In this document: positions 37,840 through 47,403 of the stretch, one piece after another
Layout of the letters: each line of letters opens with the position of its first letter
How positions within the stretch are numbered: the first letter of the stretch is position 1
Assembly: GCA_039794365.1 (NCBI GenBank)
Contig: JBDIVN010000006.1
Coordinates: 71,390-135,389 of the forward strand
Origin: Vampirovibrionales bacterium
GTDB taxonomy: Bacteria > Cyanobacteriota > Vampirovibrionia > Vampirovibrionales > Vampirovibrionaceae
Reading direction: 5' to 3'
Length of the DNA: 64,000 nucleotides
Notes under the pieces: generated by a model
Database searches by the model: none
Seen by the model: only the letters and a program-made list of their open reading frames with translations
Told to the model about the DNA's origin: nothing
Program-made: the position numbers and the translations under genes

Positions 37840-39126
37840 GTGATTCAGTTTCGCGCGGCCATGCCGTCATGGCCCCAGCCGGTCCGGCCGGTGCAGCCAC
37901 AACAGGCCAACAATATCCTGCCGCTCTTTGGCCATACATCGACAGCAAAAACCATCCCGGCCCCAATTCCGGCTTATGACCCGCCGGTGCCCTACCACCT
38001 GATGCAGCTCTTTCAGAAGGTTCCCAAGACGGAAAACCACCTGCATCTCTCCGGCTCGGTCCCGGAGCGCACCATTGAAAAGTTCATGCGCGAAAACGGC
38101 CTGGATGAAGCGCAGATCAAACAGCAACTGGGCATGCTGAAATCCGAATACAAGGACCTGAACGATTTCCTCGCCACCTACTACGTCGTCCCCGCCCATG
38201 TGAAGACCAAAGCCCAGTTCAAGGAAGCCACCCTGGAGCTGGTGAAAGAGGCTGCCCGCGAAAACGTGCGGGTGATGGAGGTGCGCAGCAGCGTGCTGGG
38301 CAAGGGCGATTCCGGCGAGGAACTCATTGACGCCATCCAGGACGGGCTGCGCGAAGGAAGCAACTGGGTAAAGAAACACCACGGCTTCGACATGAAGGTC
38401 AGCTACACCGTGCTGGCCCAGCGCTACAAAGACCCCAAAGAGGCTCTGGAACACGCCAAGCTGGCGGTGAAAAAGGCGGCGGAGCCGGGCAGCCTCGTGC
38501 GGGGATTCGATCTGGCCGGCAGCGAATCAGACCATTCGCTGGAAAAATTCCAGGAAGCCTTCGACTACATCAATCAATACGGCAAGCCGCTGGGCATGGG
38601 CCTGACCATCCACGCGGGCGAGACGCCGATGTCCGAAAGCCTTTCGGGCACCCAGGCCATCCGCAAGGCGCTTTCGATGGGGGCGGATCGCATCGGCCAC
38701 GGCATCCAGGCCGAATCAGACGAGGAGTTGCGCCAGCTGCTCATCAAAAAACAGATCCCCATCGAGGTCTGCACCTGGTCCAACGTGCAGCTGGGCTATG
38801 TGGACCCCTATGACAAGCACCCCCTGAGCAACTTTTTACGAGACGGCATGAACGTAAGCCTCAGCACGGACAACCGGATGATGTCGCAAATTACCCTGAC
38901 CCGGCAGCTGGGCCAGCTCTGGGCACATGGGGTGGTCAAGACCTGGGACGATCTGGTGCGCCTGACGTTAAACGGCGTCCGCATGTCCTTCCTGCCCGCC
39001 GACGAGAAGAAGGCGGCGGAACAGGAGGTCATCGCCGAATTTAAAGATCTCGAACGGCGTTACGCCAAAACCATCGACCAATACCTGCCCCGCGCCCCGC
39101 AGGACCAGCGGGTGTGGTTCGGCTGA
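37840..39126 (+). CDS. adenosine/adenine deaminase family metallohydrolase with N-terminal extension
   Basis: HLHLSGS metal motif, IHAGE and SLSTDN motifs; GTG start. Confidence 0.75.
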   Translation: MIQFRAAMPSWPQPVRPVQPQQANNILPLFGHTSTAKTIPAPIPAYDPPVPYHLMQLFQKVPKTENHLHLSGSVPERTIEKFMRENGLDEAQIKQQLGMLKSEYKDLNDFLATYYVVPAHVKTKAQFKEATLELVKEAARENVRVMEVRSSVLGKGDSGEELIDAIQDGLREGSNWVKKHHGFDMKVSYTVLAQRYKDPKEALEHAKLAVKKAAEPGSLVRGFDLAGSESDHSLEKFQEAFDYINQYGKPLGMGLTIHAGETPMSESLSGTQAIRKALSMGADRIGHGIQAESDEELRQLLIKKQIPIEVCTWSNVQLGYVDPYDKHPLSNFLRDGMNVSLSTDNRMMSQITLTRQLGQLWAHGVVKTWDDLVRLTLNGVRMSFLPADEKKAAEQEVIAEFKDLERRYAKTIDQYLPRAPQDQRVWFG

Positions 39127-39147
39127 TTTAAGCCGGTTACAGCCACT

Positions 39148-39603
39148 TCAGGCAGGCTCCAGGGACGACGTGCACATCTGGCAGCGCTTGGCCTGGACGG
39201 GGATGCTGGCCAGGCAGAAGGGGCATTCTTTGTTATCGGGCGGATCGTCGCGGCGCTCCGGGCTGAACTTGAGCCGGTTGATCTGTTTAATCAGCAGGAA
39301 AACGGCGAAGGCCACGATGATAAAATTGATAATGGTGCTGATAAAGGCGCCGTAGTTGATGGTAACAACCCCCGCCGCCTGGGCTGCGGCCAGTGACTCG
39401 TACTCGCCGCCTGAGAGGTTAATGTAGTAGTTGCTGAAATCCACCCGGCCCAACAGAATACCGAGGGGCGGCATGAGGATGTCGTTGACCAGCGAGGTGG
39501 TGATGCGGCCAAAGGCGCCACCAATGATGATCCCTACGGCCAGGTCAATGACGTTGCCGCGCAGGGCGAACTTCTTGAATTCCTGGAGCAGTCCCAACGC
39601 CAT
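39148..39603 (-). CDS. mscL: large-conductance mechanosensitive channel fused to a C-terminal Cys4 zinc ribbon
   Basis: MscL TM1/TM2 consensus (…[21 protein letters not shown]…) followed by CPFC…CQMC. Confidence 0.8.
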   Translation of the reverse strand: MALGLLQEFKKFALRGNVIDLAVGIIIGGAFGRITTSLVNDILMPPLGILLGRVDFSNYYINLSGGEYESLAAAQAAGVVTINYGAFISTIINFIIVAFAVFLLIKQINRLKFSPERRDDPPDNKECPFCLASIPVQAKRCQMCTSSLEPA

Positions 39604-39615
39604 TTGGGCGGGCCG

Positions 39616-40380
39616 CTACTTCTTCACGCCCATCTTGCGCAACAGCCACATGACCGGATCGTAATAGCGGTCCACCACCCGTTCTTTTAGCGGGATGATG
39701 CCGTTGTCGGTGATGTGGATGTTTTCCGGGCAGACCTCGGTGCAGCATTTGGTGATGTTGCACATGCCGACCCCCGCCTCCTCCTTGATGAAGGGGACAC
39801 GGTCCTCGCCGTCCATGGGGTGCATTTCCAGGGTGGCCAGGCGGATCATGAAACGCGGCCCGGCAAACTTGGGCTTCTGCTGGTGGTTGCGCAACACATG
39901 GCAGACGTCCTGGCACAGGAAGCACTCGATGCACTTGCGGAATTCCTGGATGCGGTCCACGTCCTCCTGGAAGACCTCCCACTCGTCGGTATTCTCGTTG
40001 GTGGGTTTGAAGGGCTTGATCTTCTTGTTCATTTCGTAGTTCCAGGACACATCGGTCACCAGATCCCGGACGACCGGGAAGGTCTTGAGGGGTGACACGG
40101 TGATGGGTTCATCCAGGGGCAGATCGTCCATGCGCTGTTTGCACATCAGGCGGGGCTTGCCGTTGATCTCGGCGCTGCATGAGCCGCATTTGGCCGCCTT
40201 GCAGTTCCAACGCAGAGCCAGATCCGGGGCCTGGTAGTTCTGGACGTAGTGCATGGCGTCGAGAACAACCATGCCCTCCTCCACCGGTACCCGGTACTCT
40301 TTCATGGCGCCCGACTCACCGTCGCCGCGGTAGACGTGGAAGACCGCCTCTTTCTGTACGGTGGTTTCTTCGTGCGCCAT
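39616..40380 (-). CDS. sdhB: succinate dehydrogenase/fumarate reductase iron-sulfur subunit
   Basis: 2Fe-2S (C.KAAKCGSC) and 4Fe-4S/3Fe-4S Cys clusters. Confidence 0.88.
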   Translation of the reverse strand: MAHEETTVQKEAVFHVYRGDGESGAMKEYRVPVEEGMVVLDAMHYVQNYQAPDLALRWNCKAAKCGSCSAEINGKPRLMCKQRMDDLPLDEPITVSPLKTFPVVRDLVTDVSWNYEMNKKIKPFKPTNENTDEWEVFQEDVDRIQEFRKCIECFLCQDVCHVLRNHQQKPKFAGPRFMIRLATLEMHPMDGEDRVPFIKEEAGVGMCNITKCCTEVCPENIHITDNGIIPLKERVVDRYYDPVMWLLRKMGVKK

Positions 40381-42113
40381 TATTTCGCCTCCTCGAACAG
40401 TTTCTTGAGATCATCGGGCATCTGCATTTTCGGCGACTGGCCGATGGTCATCTCCTCGCCCCGGATGTTGACCGTGGAGTTGGTGTTGCCCCAGTGTTCG
40501 TCATAGCCTTCGTGGTCAATGCGCGTATGGGCACCCCGGCTTTCGGTGCGCTGCAGGGCGCAGCGGGCCACGGCCTCGGACGCCATCAGCATGTTGTTGA
40601 GATCGATGGCCAGGTGCCAGCCGGGGTTGAACTGCCGTGAACCTTCCACGGAGACGTTAGCCGCCCGGCGCTTGAAGTTCTGCAACTCCTCAATGGCCAG
40701 CTTGAGATCGCCCTCGTTGCGCACGATACCCACGTTGCTCTGCATCAATTCCTGCAAGTCGCGGTGGATGGCATAGGGGTTCTCGCCGTTTTCGTGCTCG
40801 AAGGGGGCCGTGATTTCCTTCACCGCCGCCTCCACCGCTTCATCGCTGATGGACGGGGCGCTGCCCAGGCTTTTTGCGTATTCAACGGCACCGATACCCG
40901 CCCGGCGGCCAAAGACCAGAAGATCCGACAGGGAGTTGCCGCCGAGACGGTTGGCCCCATGCATGCCGCCCGCCACCTCGCCGCAGGCAAACAGCCCCGG
41001 AACGGTGGACATGGCCGAATCGGCCTCCACACGAATGCCTCCCATCGTATAGTGGGTGGTGGGGCCTACTTCCATCGGCCCCTTGGTGATGTCCACGTCG
41101 GCGAATTCCAGCAGCTGCCGGTACATGCCGGGCAGCTTCTTCTTGATATACTCCGGCCCCCGGTGGGAGATGTCGAGGAACACGCCGCCATGCGGGCTGC
41201 CCCGGCCCTCTTTTACCTCGCGGTTGATGGCCTTGGCCACGATATCGCGGGTGGAGAGTTCCATCCGATCCGGGTCTACGTTTTTCATGAACCGCTCGCC
41301 CTCGCTGTTGGTGAGCAGTCCCCCCTCGCCGCGAACGGCTTCCGTAATCAGCAGCCCTTTGACGCCGTTGGGCCAGACCATCCCGGTGGGGTGAAACTGG
41401 ACGAATTCCATATCAATCAGCTCGGCGCCGGCACGGGCCGCCATCGCGTGGCCGTCCGCCGTGTATTCCCAGGAGTTGGAGGTGACCTTGAACGCCTTGC
41501 CGATGCCGCCGGTGGCCAGAATCACGGCCTTGGCCCCGAAGACGACGATGCGGCCGCTTTCGCGCCAGTAGCCCAACGCCCCGGAGATCTGCTCACCGTC
41601 CTTCAGCAGGCTGGTGACGGTGGCTTCCATGTAGACGTCGATACCCGAATGGACGCCCTTGTCCTGGAGGGTGCGGATGATTTCCAGGCCGGTATGGTCG
41701 CCTACGTGGCAGAGGCGGCGGTAGGTATGGCCGCCGAAGGGCCGCTGGAGGATCTTGCCACCCTTGGTGCGGTCAAACACCGCGCCCCAGCGCTCCAGCT
41801 CCCGGATGCGATCCGGGGATTCCTGGGCGTGGATCTGGGCCATGCGCCAGTTGTTGAGGAACTTGCCGCCGTGCATGGTGTCGCGGAAGTGGGTCGTCCA
41901 GCCGTCATCCGGGTCCACATTCGCCATGGCCGCCGCCACGCCGCCTTCCGCCATCACCGTATGCGCCTTGCCCAAAAGCGACTTGCAGACCAGGCCGACG
42001 GACAGACCGAGGGCCGATGCTTCGATGGCCGCCCGCAAACCGGCTCCGCCCGCGCCAATCACCAGCACATCGTGATGATGACACTCATACTTGGTTTCGT
42101 AGCTTTTGACCAT
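40380..42113 (-). CDS. sdhA: succinate dehydrogenase/fumarate reductase flavoprotein subunit
   Basis: FAD-binding GAGGAGLRAA, covalent-FAD His region and the RSHT active-site motif. Confidence 0.9.
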   Translation of the reverse strand: MVKSYETKYECHHHDVLVIGAGGAGLRAAIEASALGLSVGLVCKSLLGKAHTVMAEGGVAAAMANVDPDDGWTTHFRDTMHGGKFLNNWRMAQIHAQESPDRIRELERWGAVFDRTKGGKILQRPFGGHTYRRLCHVGDHTGLEIIRTLQDKGVHSGIDVYMEATVTSLLKDGEQISGALGYWRESGRIVVFGAKAVILATGGIGKAFKVTSNSWEYTADGHAMAARAGAELIDMEFVQFHPTGMVWPNGVKGLLITEAVRGEGGLLTNSEGERFMKNVDPDRMELSTRDIVAKAINREVKEGRGSPHGGVFLDISHRGPEYIKKKLPGMYRQLLEFADVDITKGPMEVGPTTHYTMGGIRVEADSAMSTVPGLFACGEVAGGMHGANRLGGNSLSDLLVFGRRAGIGAVEYAKSLGSAPSISDEAVEAAVKEITAPFEHENGENPYAIHRDLQELMQSNVGIVRNEGDLKLAIEELQNFKRRAANVSVEGSRQFNPGWHLAIDLNNMLMASEAVARCALQRTESRGAHTRIDHEGYDEHWGNTNSTVNIRGEEMTIGQSPKMQMPDDLKKLFEEAK

Positions 42114-42988
42114 CAGAAGAGAACCTTATCCTGAATGATACCCATAGCGCACATGCGGATGTAGAAGTCGGAGAAGCCGACCCAGAACAGGCTGACCCAG
42201 GCAAAGAGCATATGATGCTCATTGAGGAAGGACTGGCGCTTCCAGGCATTGTAGCGGGCCTTGCTAAAGTCGCTGCAACTGAAGCAGTCCAGCTTTCCGG
42301 CCAGCAGGTGGCGCCAGGAGTGGCAGGAAAACGTGTACAGCCCCAGGAAGATGACGTTGAGAATCAGCACCAGGGAGCCGACCCCCAGGTGGAACATCCG
42401 GCCATCGGTATACCCGACGTGTTCCCAGCCGATGAGGGACCAGATGGCGTCCCAGGTGAGGATGAACATGAAGATGACGGCGATGTAGAAGGTGTAACGG
42501 TGGAGGTTCTGGATCGTCATGGGGAACCGGGTTTCGCCGGTATAGCCCTTGCCCGACCCCAGAAGCCACGCCAGCGGGCTGGGCTGGCCGCCCACGTTGC
42601 AGGCGGAGGGGGTGGTGAAGAAGGACCGGTAATAGGCCTTACGGTAATAGTAGCAGGTGGCCCGGAAAAGGCCGGGGAACGGCAGGATCAGAATGGCCGG
42701 GGAGAGGGGCCACCAGCCGAACAGCTCCGGCGCCCAGCGGGGAAGATCCGGCGAATAGAAGGGGGACAGGTATGGCCTTACGGCTTCGGCGGCGCTCCAG
42801 CCTGCCGGAACGATGATTCCCGACGCCTCCTCCATGTGGTAAAACTGGCCCTGCAGGGCGCCCCAGGTGGCGTAGACGATAAAGGCGCCCAGCCCCAGAA
42901 ACACCAGCAACGGATGGACCCACCAGGCGTCATTACGCTCGGTCTGCCCGACCCCGTTCACCTCCAGCACCGAAGAAGTGTTCGCCAC
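42113..42988 (-). CDS. sdhC: succinate dehydrogenase/fumarate reductase membrane anchor (cytochrome b, 5-TM type)
   Basis: 291-aa multipass membrane protein with conserved His; co-transcribed with sdhA and sdhB. Confidence 0.7.
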   Translation of the reverse strand: MANTSSVLEVNGVGQTERNDAWWVHPLLVFLGLGAFIVYATWGALQGQFYHMEEASGIIVPAGWSAAEAVRPYLSPFYSPDLPRWAPELFGWWPLSPAILILPFPGLFRATCYYYRKAYYRSFFTTPSACNVGGQPSPLAWLLGSGKGYTGETRFPMTIQNLHRYTFYIAVIFMFILTWDAIWSLIGWEHVGYTDGRMFHLGVGSLVLILNVIFLGLYTFSCHSWRHLLAGKLDCFSCSDFSKARYNAWKRQSFLNEHHMLFAWVSLFWVGFSDFYIRMCAMGIIQDKVLF

Positions 42989-43170
42989 CGGCCTTCCTCC
43001 ATTCAGAAAACAACTTTTTCACAGACACCTAAATATGCCGCACGCACCTCATCATAGGCGACGGAAAATGCAAAGTCTGTGATTACTCTCAAAGTCCAGA
43101 CAAAGTTTCGCGACAACCAGGCCCCCTGTGATAGCATAGAGACTGTCATCGAGCATCTGGAAACGCCCAC

Positions 43171-43548
43171 ATGCAACAATTCTCACAATCCACCCCCTTT
43201 TCCCTGCGGGCCGCCGCCCTGGGGCTGGTTCTTCTCAGCGGCTGCCAGGGGGTCATCACACCAAATGCGGAGGTCACCGGCAGCATGCTGGGATTCCAGA
43301 TCCGCAACCTGGACAATGCCCAGTGGCACGACTGCACCGTCATCCTGAACCGGGATGCCGGCGACGAGAACCGGTTTACCCACCACATCGGCAACGTGGA
43401 ACCCGGTGCCACGGAGCGAATCCTGGTGACGGCCTTTTCCAAGAAGAACGGCGAACGGTTCATCCCGGTCATTTCCAAGGCCAGAACCCTGGACATCCAG
43501 TGCCGGATGCCCTTCCTGCCCTACTCCATGGATCTGGACAAAAAATAA
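43171..43548 (+). CDS. small lipoprotein
   Basis: Signal peptide with lipobox LLSGC. Confidence 0.5.
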   Translation: MQQFSQSTPFSLRAAALGLVLLSGCQGVITPNAEVTGSMLGFQIRNLDNAQWHDCTVILNRDAGDENRFTHHIGNVEPGATERILVTAFSKKNGERFIPVISKARTLDIQCRMPFLPYSMDLDKK

Positions 43549-43601
43549 CCTGATTATCGGGAATCAACCCTAACGTATGTCATTCGCAGGGTATCCGCCC
43601 T

Positions 43602-43697
43602 CGCCCCTGTGTCATTCCCGCGAAGGCGGGAATCCATTGTGCCGACTCGTCGAAATGCTGAAATGGCTTCCCGCCTTCGCGGGAATGACACATGCGG
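43602..43697. repeat. pair of inverted dRS3-like palindromic repeats (GTCATTCCCGCGAAGGCGGGAATCCATT … CTTCCCGCCTTCGCGGGAATGACAC), MITE-like
   Basis: ATTCCC-N8-GGGAAT palindromes in opposite orientation about 40 bp apart; the same unit recurs at 46.13 kb and 57.58-57.80 kb. Confidence 0.8.
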
Positions 43698-43759
43698 GTA
43701 TAGCAAACAGGCATGGATACATTGCCTTATTCCCGATAATCAGGAAAAATAAAGCCGGC

Positions 43760-44011
43760 TTATACTGCGGCGCCAATCTTCTTCAGTTCGGCCAGAATTT
43801 CCTCATCGGTCTTCGCATTGACCGCAATCCGCTGAAAGGTTTTGGCGTCGACGCCCAGCCGGCTCAACAGGCCGCTGTCCATCGGGCAGGGGTACTCCAG
43901 ATCAAACGGCTCAATTTCACCGGCGGCTTCCAGACGGGCCTTGTCAATCATCCGGGCCAGCCACGGAATGCCGCCCACCGGGACGGAGCCGGAACGGGGT
44001 TCGTTTGCCAT
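43760..44011 (-). CDS. small hypothetical protein
   Basis: 83-aa ORF (…GIPWLARMIDKARL…); no family recognised. Confidence 0.45.
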   Translation of the reverse strand: MANEPRSGSVPVGGIPWLARMIDKARLEAAGEIEPFDLEYPCPMDSGLLSRLGVDAKTFQRIAVNAKTDEEILAELKKIGAAV

Positions 44012-44131
44012 CGGCAGTCTCCTTTTTCGAATCGCTTCCTACCCGGATCTTAACGAAAGGCCCCTCGAATGTCGAACCCCCTCCTGGTACAATAGGCCGT
44101 GTTTTCAGACTAACCCTGGAGTTTGCGCGTC

Positions 44132-44809
44132 ATGATGGGCCTGCAAGACCCTGCCGTTTCACAGTTCACCGAAAAGCAGGTGCTGGAGAAAACCCGGCTG
44201 GCCGCCGATACGGCCTGGCGGCTTCTGGAAGAGATTACGCTGCTACTGAAACCCGGCATCCGCGAATCCGGGGCGAAGGACCAGGCCTTGGCCCTGATGC
44301 GTGATCGCGGCGTCACGAAACACTGGCACCAGCCCTATATCCGTTTTGGCTCCCACAGCATCCTCACCTTTGCAGACAAGCCCGAAGACGACCGGGTTCT
44401 GGGCGAAGACGACATTGCCTACATCGATCTCGGCCCGGTGATTGATGCCGGCGGCCTCGACGTGGAAGGAGACGTGGGCCACACGGTGGTCTTCGGCGAC
44501 AACCTCCTGTTTCATGACCTCAAGGCCACCAGCGAACGGCTGTTTCATGAGGGGGTCGCCTACTGGAAAAACCACCGGCCCACCGGGGTGGAACTCTACG
44601 ACTATTTGAAGGCTGCCGCCAGCAGCGCCGGGTACGACTTTCACCTGAACCCCGCCGGACACCTCATCGGGACGTTTCCCCACAAGGGCTGGCGCAACGG
44701 CCTCAACACCTATCCCTACCCCCCGGAGCCGGGCATCTGGATTCTGGAAATTCAGATCCGCCACCCGGAGCAGCCCTACGGCGCTTTCTACGAAGCGGTT
44801 CTTCTCTGA
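44132..44809 (+). CDS. M24 (pita-bread fold) metallopeptidase-like protein
   Basis: D.G…D…H…E…E spacing reminiscent of methionine aminopeptidase/prolidase (IDLGPVIDAGGLDVEGD…, AGHLIGTFPH, ILEIQI); GGAG 10 nt before the ATG. Confidence 0.5.
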   Translation: MMGLQDPAVSQFTEKQVLEKTRLAADTAWRLLEEITLLLKPGIRESGAKDQALALMRDRGVTKHWHQPYIRFGSHSILTFADKPEDDRVLGEDDIAYIDLGPVIDAGGLDVEGDVGHTVVFGDNLLFHDLKATSERLFHEGVAYWKNHRPTGVELYDYLKAAASSAGYDFHLNPAGHLIGTFPHKGWRNGLNTYPYPPEPGIWILEIQIRHPEQPYGAFYEAVLL

Positions 44810-44911
44810 CCATGGTGGCGGCGGCGTTGTATACCGCCGCCATGCTGCCCGTCACATGATCCCAAAGCCTGCACCTTCCCCGAATTGTGAAACCGGGCCT
44901 ATAATGGGGCT

Positions 44912-46111
44912 ATGTTCAAGTTCATCAAGACCCGACTGACCCCCGGTGCCCGCGCCCTGAACGTGGCGCCTTTGTTCAGCGTGCCCCTGGACGAGTACAA
45001 GGCCACCGGGGAACGCGACGCCATTCTGGCCTCGTCCGGGATGGGTAAATCCTACCTGACCGGCGTCATCATGGAAGAGACGCTGGAAAGCGGCTGCAGC
45101 ATCTGCGTCATTGACCCGGAAGGGGAACACTTCACCCTGGCGGAACGCTACCCGATGATGATCATCGGCGGTGAACACGGCAACCTGCCCCTGGAAGAGG
45201 CGGCCATCGATCTTTTCATCGACGCCATGCTGAAAACCGGCTTCTCCGCCGTCTTCGATCTCTCGGAGTATCTGGATGACGAGCAGCAGCATCTGTACGG
45301 CGTCATTGCGGACAAGCTGTTCCAGGCCGAACAGAAGTACCGCCGCAAGATTCGCCTCATCGTGGAGGAGGCCCAGATCTACGCCCCCCAGAAAACCATG
45401 GGCGGAGCTGCGTCTTCGCGCAGCAAGACCAAGAAGATGGACCCGCTGCTGGCCAGCCAGAAGATCGCCAAGCGGGGCCGCAAGCGGGCCATTGACAGCC
45501 TGTGGGCCACCCAGCGTCCCGCCAGCATCAGCAAGGATATTCTCAGCCAGTGCAACCGGTTCTGGTTTGGGGGGATCACCTCCGAGCAGGATTACAAGGC
45601 CATTCGGCCCTTTCTTAACGAGGCGGGGATCTCCTTTGCGGAGATCAAGGCTCTGCACCCCGGCGAGTTCTACTTTTACAGCAAGGGGATGACCAAGAAG
45701 ATCAAGATCCGCAAGCGCCACTGCAAACACGCCGGGGCCACGCCGGAGGCGGGCATGAACTTTCACGCCACGGTGAACAGTTCCATGGAGAAAGCCATCG
45801 CCTCGCTGACCGAAGCCGTTGCCCAGCGGGCCGTCGAGAAGCAGAAGGAAGAATCGGAAATCGCCCTGCTCAAGGCCCAGATCCGCGAACTGAAGAAGGA
45901 CAACGAGAACCTGCGCAAGGAACTGGAGCAGGAGCAGCTGGCCACCAAGGTGATTGAGCGGCTGGAGAAATCGCCCACATCCAGCACGTCGTCCTCACGG
46001 CGTCCCCGCAAGCCGGGAGGACAGGACGATGCGGCCCTGCAGGCCAAAATCGCGGAAAAGATCGAGGAATCCAGCCGGCGGCTGCATCCGACGAAAATCA
46101 ATCTCGACTAG
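44912..46111 (+). CDS. HerA/FtsK-like (DUF87) P-loop ATPase with C-terminal coiled coil
   Basis: Walker A SSGMGKSY, Walker B …LIVEEAQ, conserved WATQRP motif; C-terminal heptad-rich KQKEESEIALLKAQIRELKK… and a Ser/Arg tail. Confidence 0.6.
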   Translation: MFKFIKTRLTPGARALNVAPLFSVPLDEYKATGERDAILASSGMGKSYLTGVIMEETLESGCSICVIDPEGEHFTLAERYPMMIIGGEHGNLPLEEAAIDLFIDAMLKTGFSAVFDLSEYLDDEQQHLYGVIADKLFQAEQKYRRKIRLIVEEAQIYAPQKTMGGAASSRSKTKKMDPLLASQKIAKRGRKRAIDSLWATQRPASISKDILSQCNRFWFGGITSEQDYKAIRPFLNEAGISFAEIKALHPGEFYFYSKGMTKKIKIRKRHCKHAGATPEAGMNFHATVNSSMEKAIASLTEAVAQRAVEKQKEESEIALLKAQIRELKKDNENLRKELEQEQLATKVIERLEKSPTSSTSSSRRPRKPGGQDDAALQAKIAEKIEESSRRLHPTKINLD

Positions 46112-46129
46112 GGTCAATCTCCGCTTAAT

Positions 46130-46165
46130 CCAGAATGGATTCCCGCTTTCGCGGGAATGACAGGC
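46130..46165. repeat. dRS3-like palindromic repeat copy (ATTCCCGCTTTCGCGGGAATGACA)
   Basis: Same ATTCCC-N8-GGGAAT unit as at 43.6 kb, lying immediately 3' of the HerA-like gene. Confidence 0.75.
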
Positions 46166-46169
46166 GGCT

Positions 46170-46439
46170 TTACGCGAAGATGGCGCCTGCCTCGTAGAGA
46201 TCCTGGCGCATCTCCAGGCGCTTCTGGGCGTCCTTGTCGTTCATCTGGTCCGCAATAGACACAATGTCATCCGCGCTCTGACTCTCCGAACGGGCGACAT
46301 CCAACAACTGGGCCATCAGGCCGGTGGCCGAGCCGTCGCTTCCGTAACTCTCCAGGCTTGCATTCGACGTTGATCCGTCGCGGCCCGGCCTCTTCTGCAT
46401 GGCCTGCACCATGCCCAGGGCACCAACACTGCCAAGCAT
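46170..46439 (-). CDS. small-protein family member A (C-terminal …LYEAGAIFA)
   Basis: ATG at 46439 preceded by a GGAGAGAGGAGAGAG purine tract; paralogous to the ORFs at 47014, 47596 and 48255. Confidence 0.5.
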   Translation of the reverse strand: MLGSVGALGMVQAMQKRPGRDGSTSNASLESYGSDGSATGLMAQLLDVARSESQSADDIVSIADQMNDKDAQKRLEMRQDLYEAGAIFA

Positions 46440-46687
46440 AAACGCTCTCTCCTCTCTCCGAACACTTCGTTTTTCGATCACAATCGCACACGGTTGCCGT
46501 ATAAAAATAAAAACGATTTTACGGTGCGGATTGCCCCGCCTCTCTCCAAAAGGCTTTGACGGGCTTTAGATTTTATTTATGCACCAGCGGCAAAAAAAAT
46601 GTTTTTATGCAAGCACAGGGAGCAACACACTCCTACAGAATCGGTATCAGGTACAGGCAGGGGATAACAGGAGGTTTGACAGCAAGT

Positions 46688-46900
46688 ATGGGTTTGGAAA
46701 TCGGACAAAAGATTCAGAATCCGCAGGTTCAGTTTGGCGGCGGTGAAAACGGCCAAGCTGGCGGAGCCAAGCAGGCGGGTGGCGCCGAGGGCGGTCCGAA
46801 GCCGCCGGAAGGCACCGGGTTCCCCGGGCTGGACAATCAGCAGGACGGCAAGAATCCGCAGCAGGCGCAAAAGCTGGAGATGAATTCCATCTTTTCATAG
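46688..46900 (+). CDS. small Gly/Gln-rich protein D (N-terminus resembles the Q/G-rich proteins; C-terminal …LEMNSIFS)
   Basis: AGGAGG 13 nt before the ATG; MGLEIGQKIQNPQVQFGGGENGQAGG… resembles MSLTIGFKPDQQQAQGQQGLGQAGQ of the 23899..25113 product. Confidence 0.4.
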   Translation: MGLEIGQKIQNPQVQFGGGENGQAGGAKQAGGAEGGPKPPEGTGFPGLDNQQDGKNPQQAQKLEMNSIFS

Positions 46901-47013
46901 TTTGAAATAAGGAGGTTAAGGACATCCACCCAGCCGGGTTTCGCCGGGCTGGATGGATGCATTGTCAGGAGATTCAGCAAGAGATAGCAAGAGAAAACAG
47001 TTAAAGCATTTTT

Positions 47014-47403
47014 TCAGGTTCCAAAAACGGCGCCCGCATCGAACAGCCCTTGGGACTGGGCGCGGCGGCGGCGTTTTTGCTCGTCTCGCGCCTGCATGCG
47101 CAGGTATTCGATCTCCTCGATGATCTTGCGTTGCTCGGCCCGGATCGCCAACTGGCGATCCAACTGGTTGACGGCCAGCATCTCGTTAAGGGACATGTCG
47201 GGCCTCACGCTGTTGGCCAGCGCAATGCGCTGATCGCTGTAATAAAAGCTGTCGCCGCTGCCGACGAGTTTGTCCAGGGCGCGTCCGCTCAGGTGCCGGT
47301 AGGCGCCGGGATTTCCAGCGACCTGGGCGGCCACGTCGGAAATGGGCCTGCCCAACGGGCGAAACACCGTATTCAGTGCCAGGGGGACACCGGACAGAGA
47401 CAT
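47014..47403 (-). CDS. small-protein family member B (C-terminal …LFDAGAVFGT)
   Basis: ATG at 47403 with GGAG 12 nt upstream; N-terminus MSLSGVPLAL…; basic Q/R-rich helix before the tail. Confidence 0.5.
   Translation of the reverse strand: MSLSGVPLALNTVFRPLGRPISDVAAQVAGNPGAYRHLSGRALDKLVGSGDSFYYSDQRIALANSVRPDMSLNEMLAVNQLDRQLAIRAEQRKIIEEIEYLRMQARDEQKRRRRAQSQGLFDAGAVFGT

Noticed and set aside
40764-42134. 456-aa plus-strand ORF
   Set aside because: Antisense to sdhA.
43577-44053. 158-aa ORF containing HSREGGNP…PAFAGMT
   Set aside because: This is a translation of the dRS3-like palindromic repeats, a known source of spurious ORFs. It also overlaps the convergent small gene at 43760-44011.
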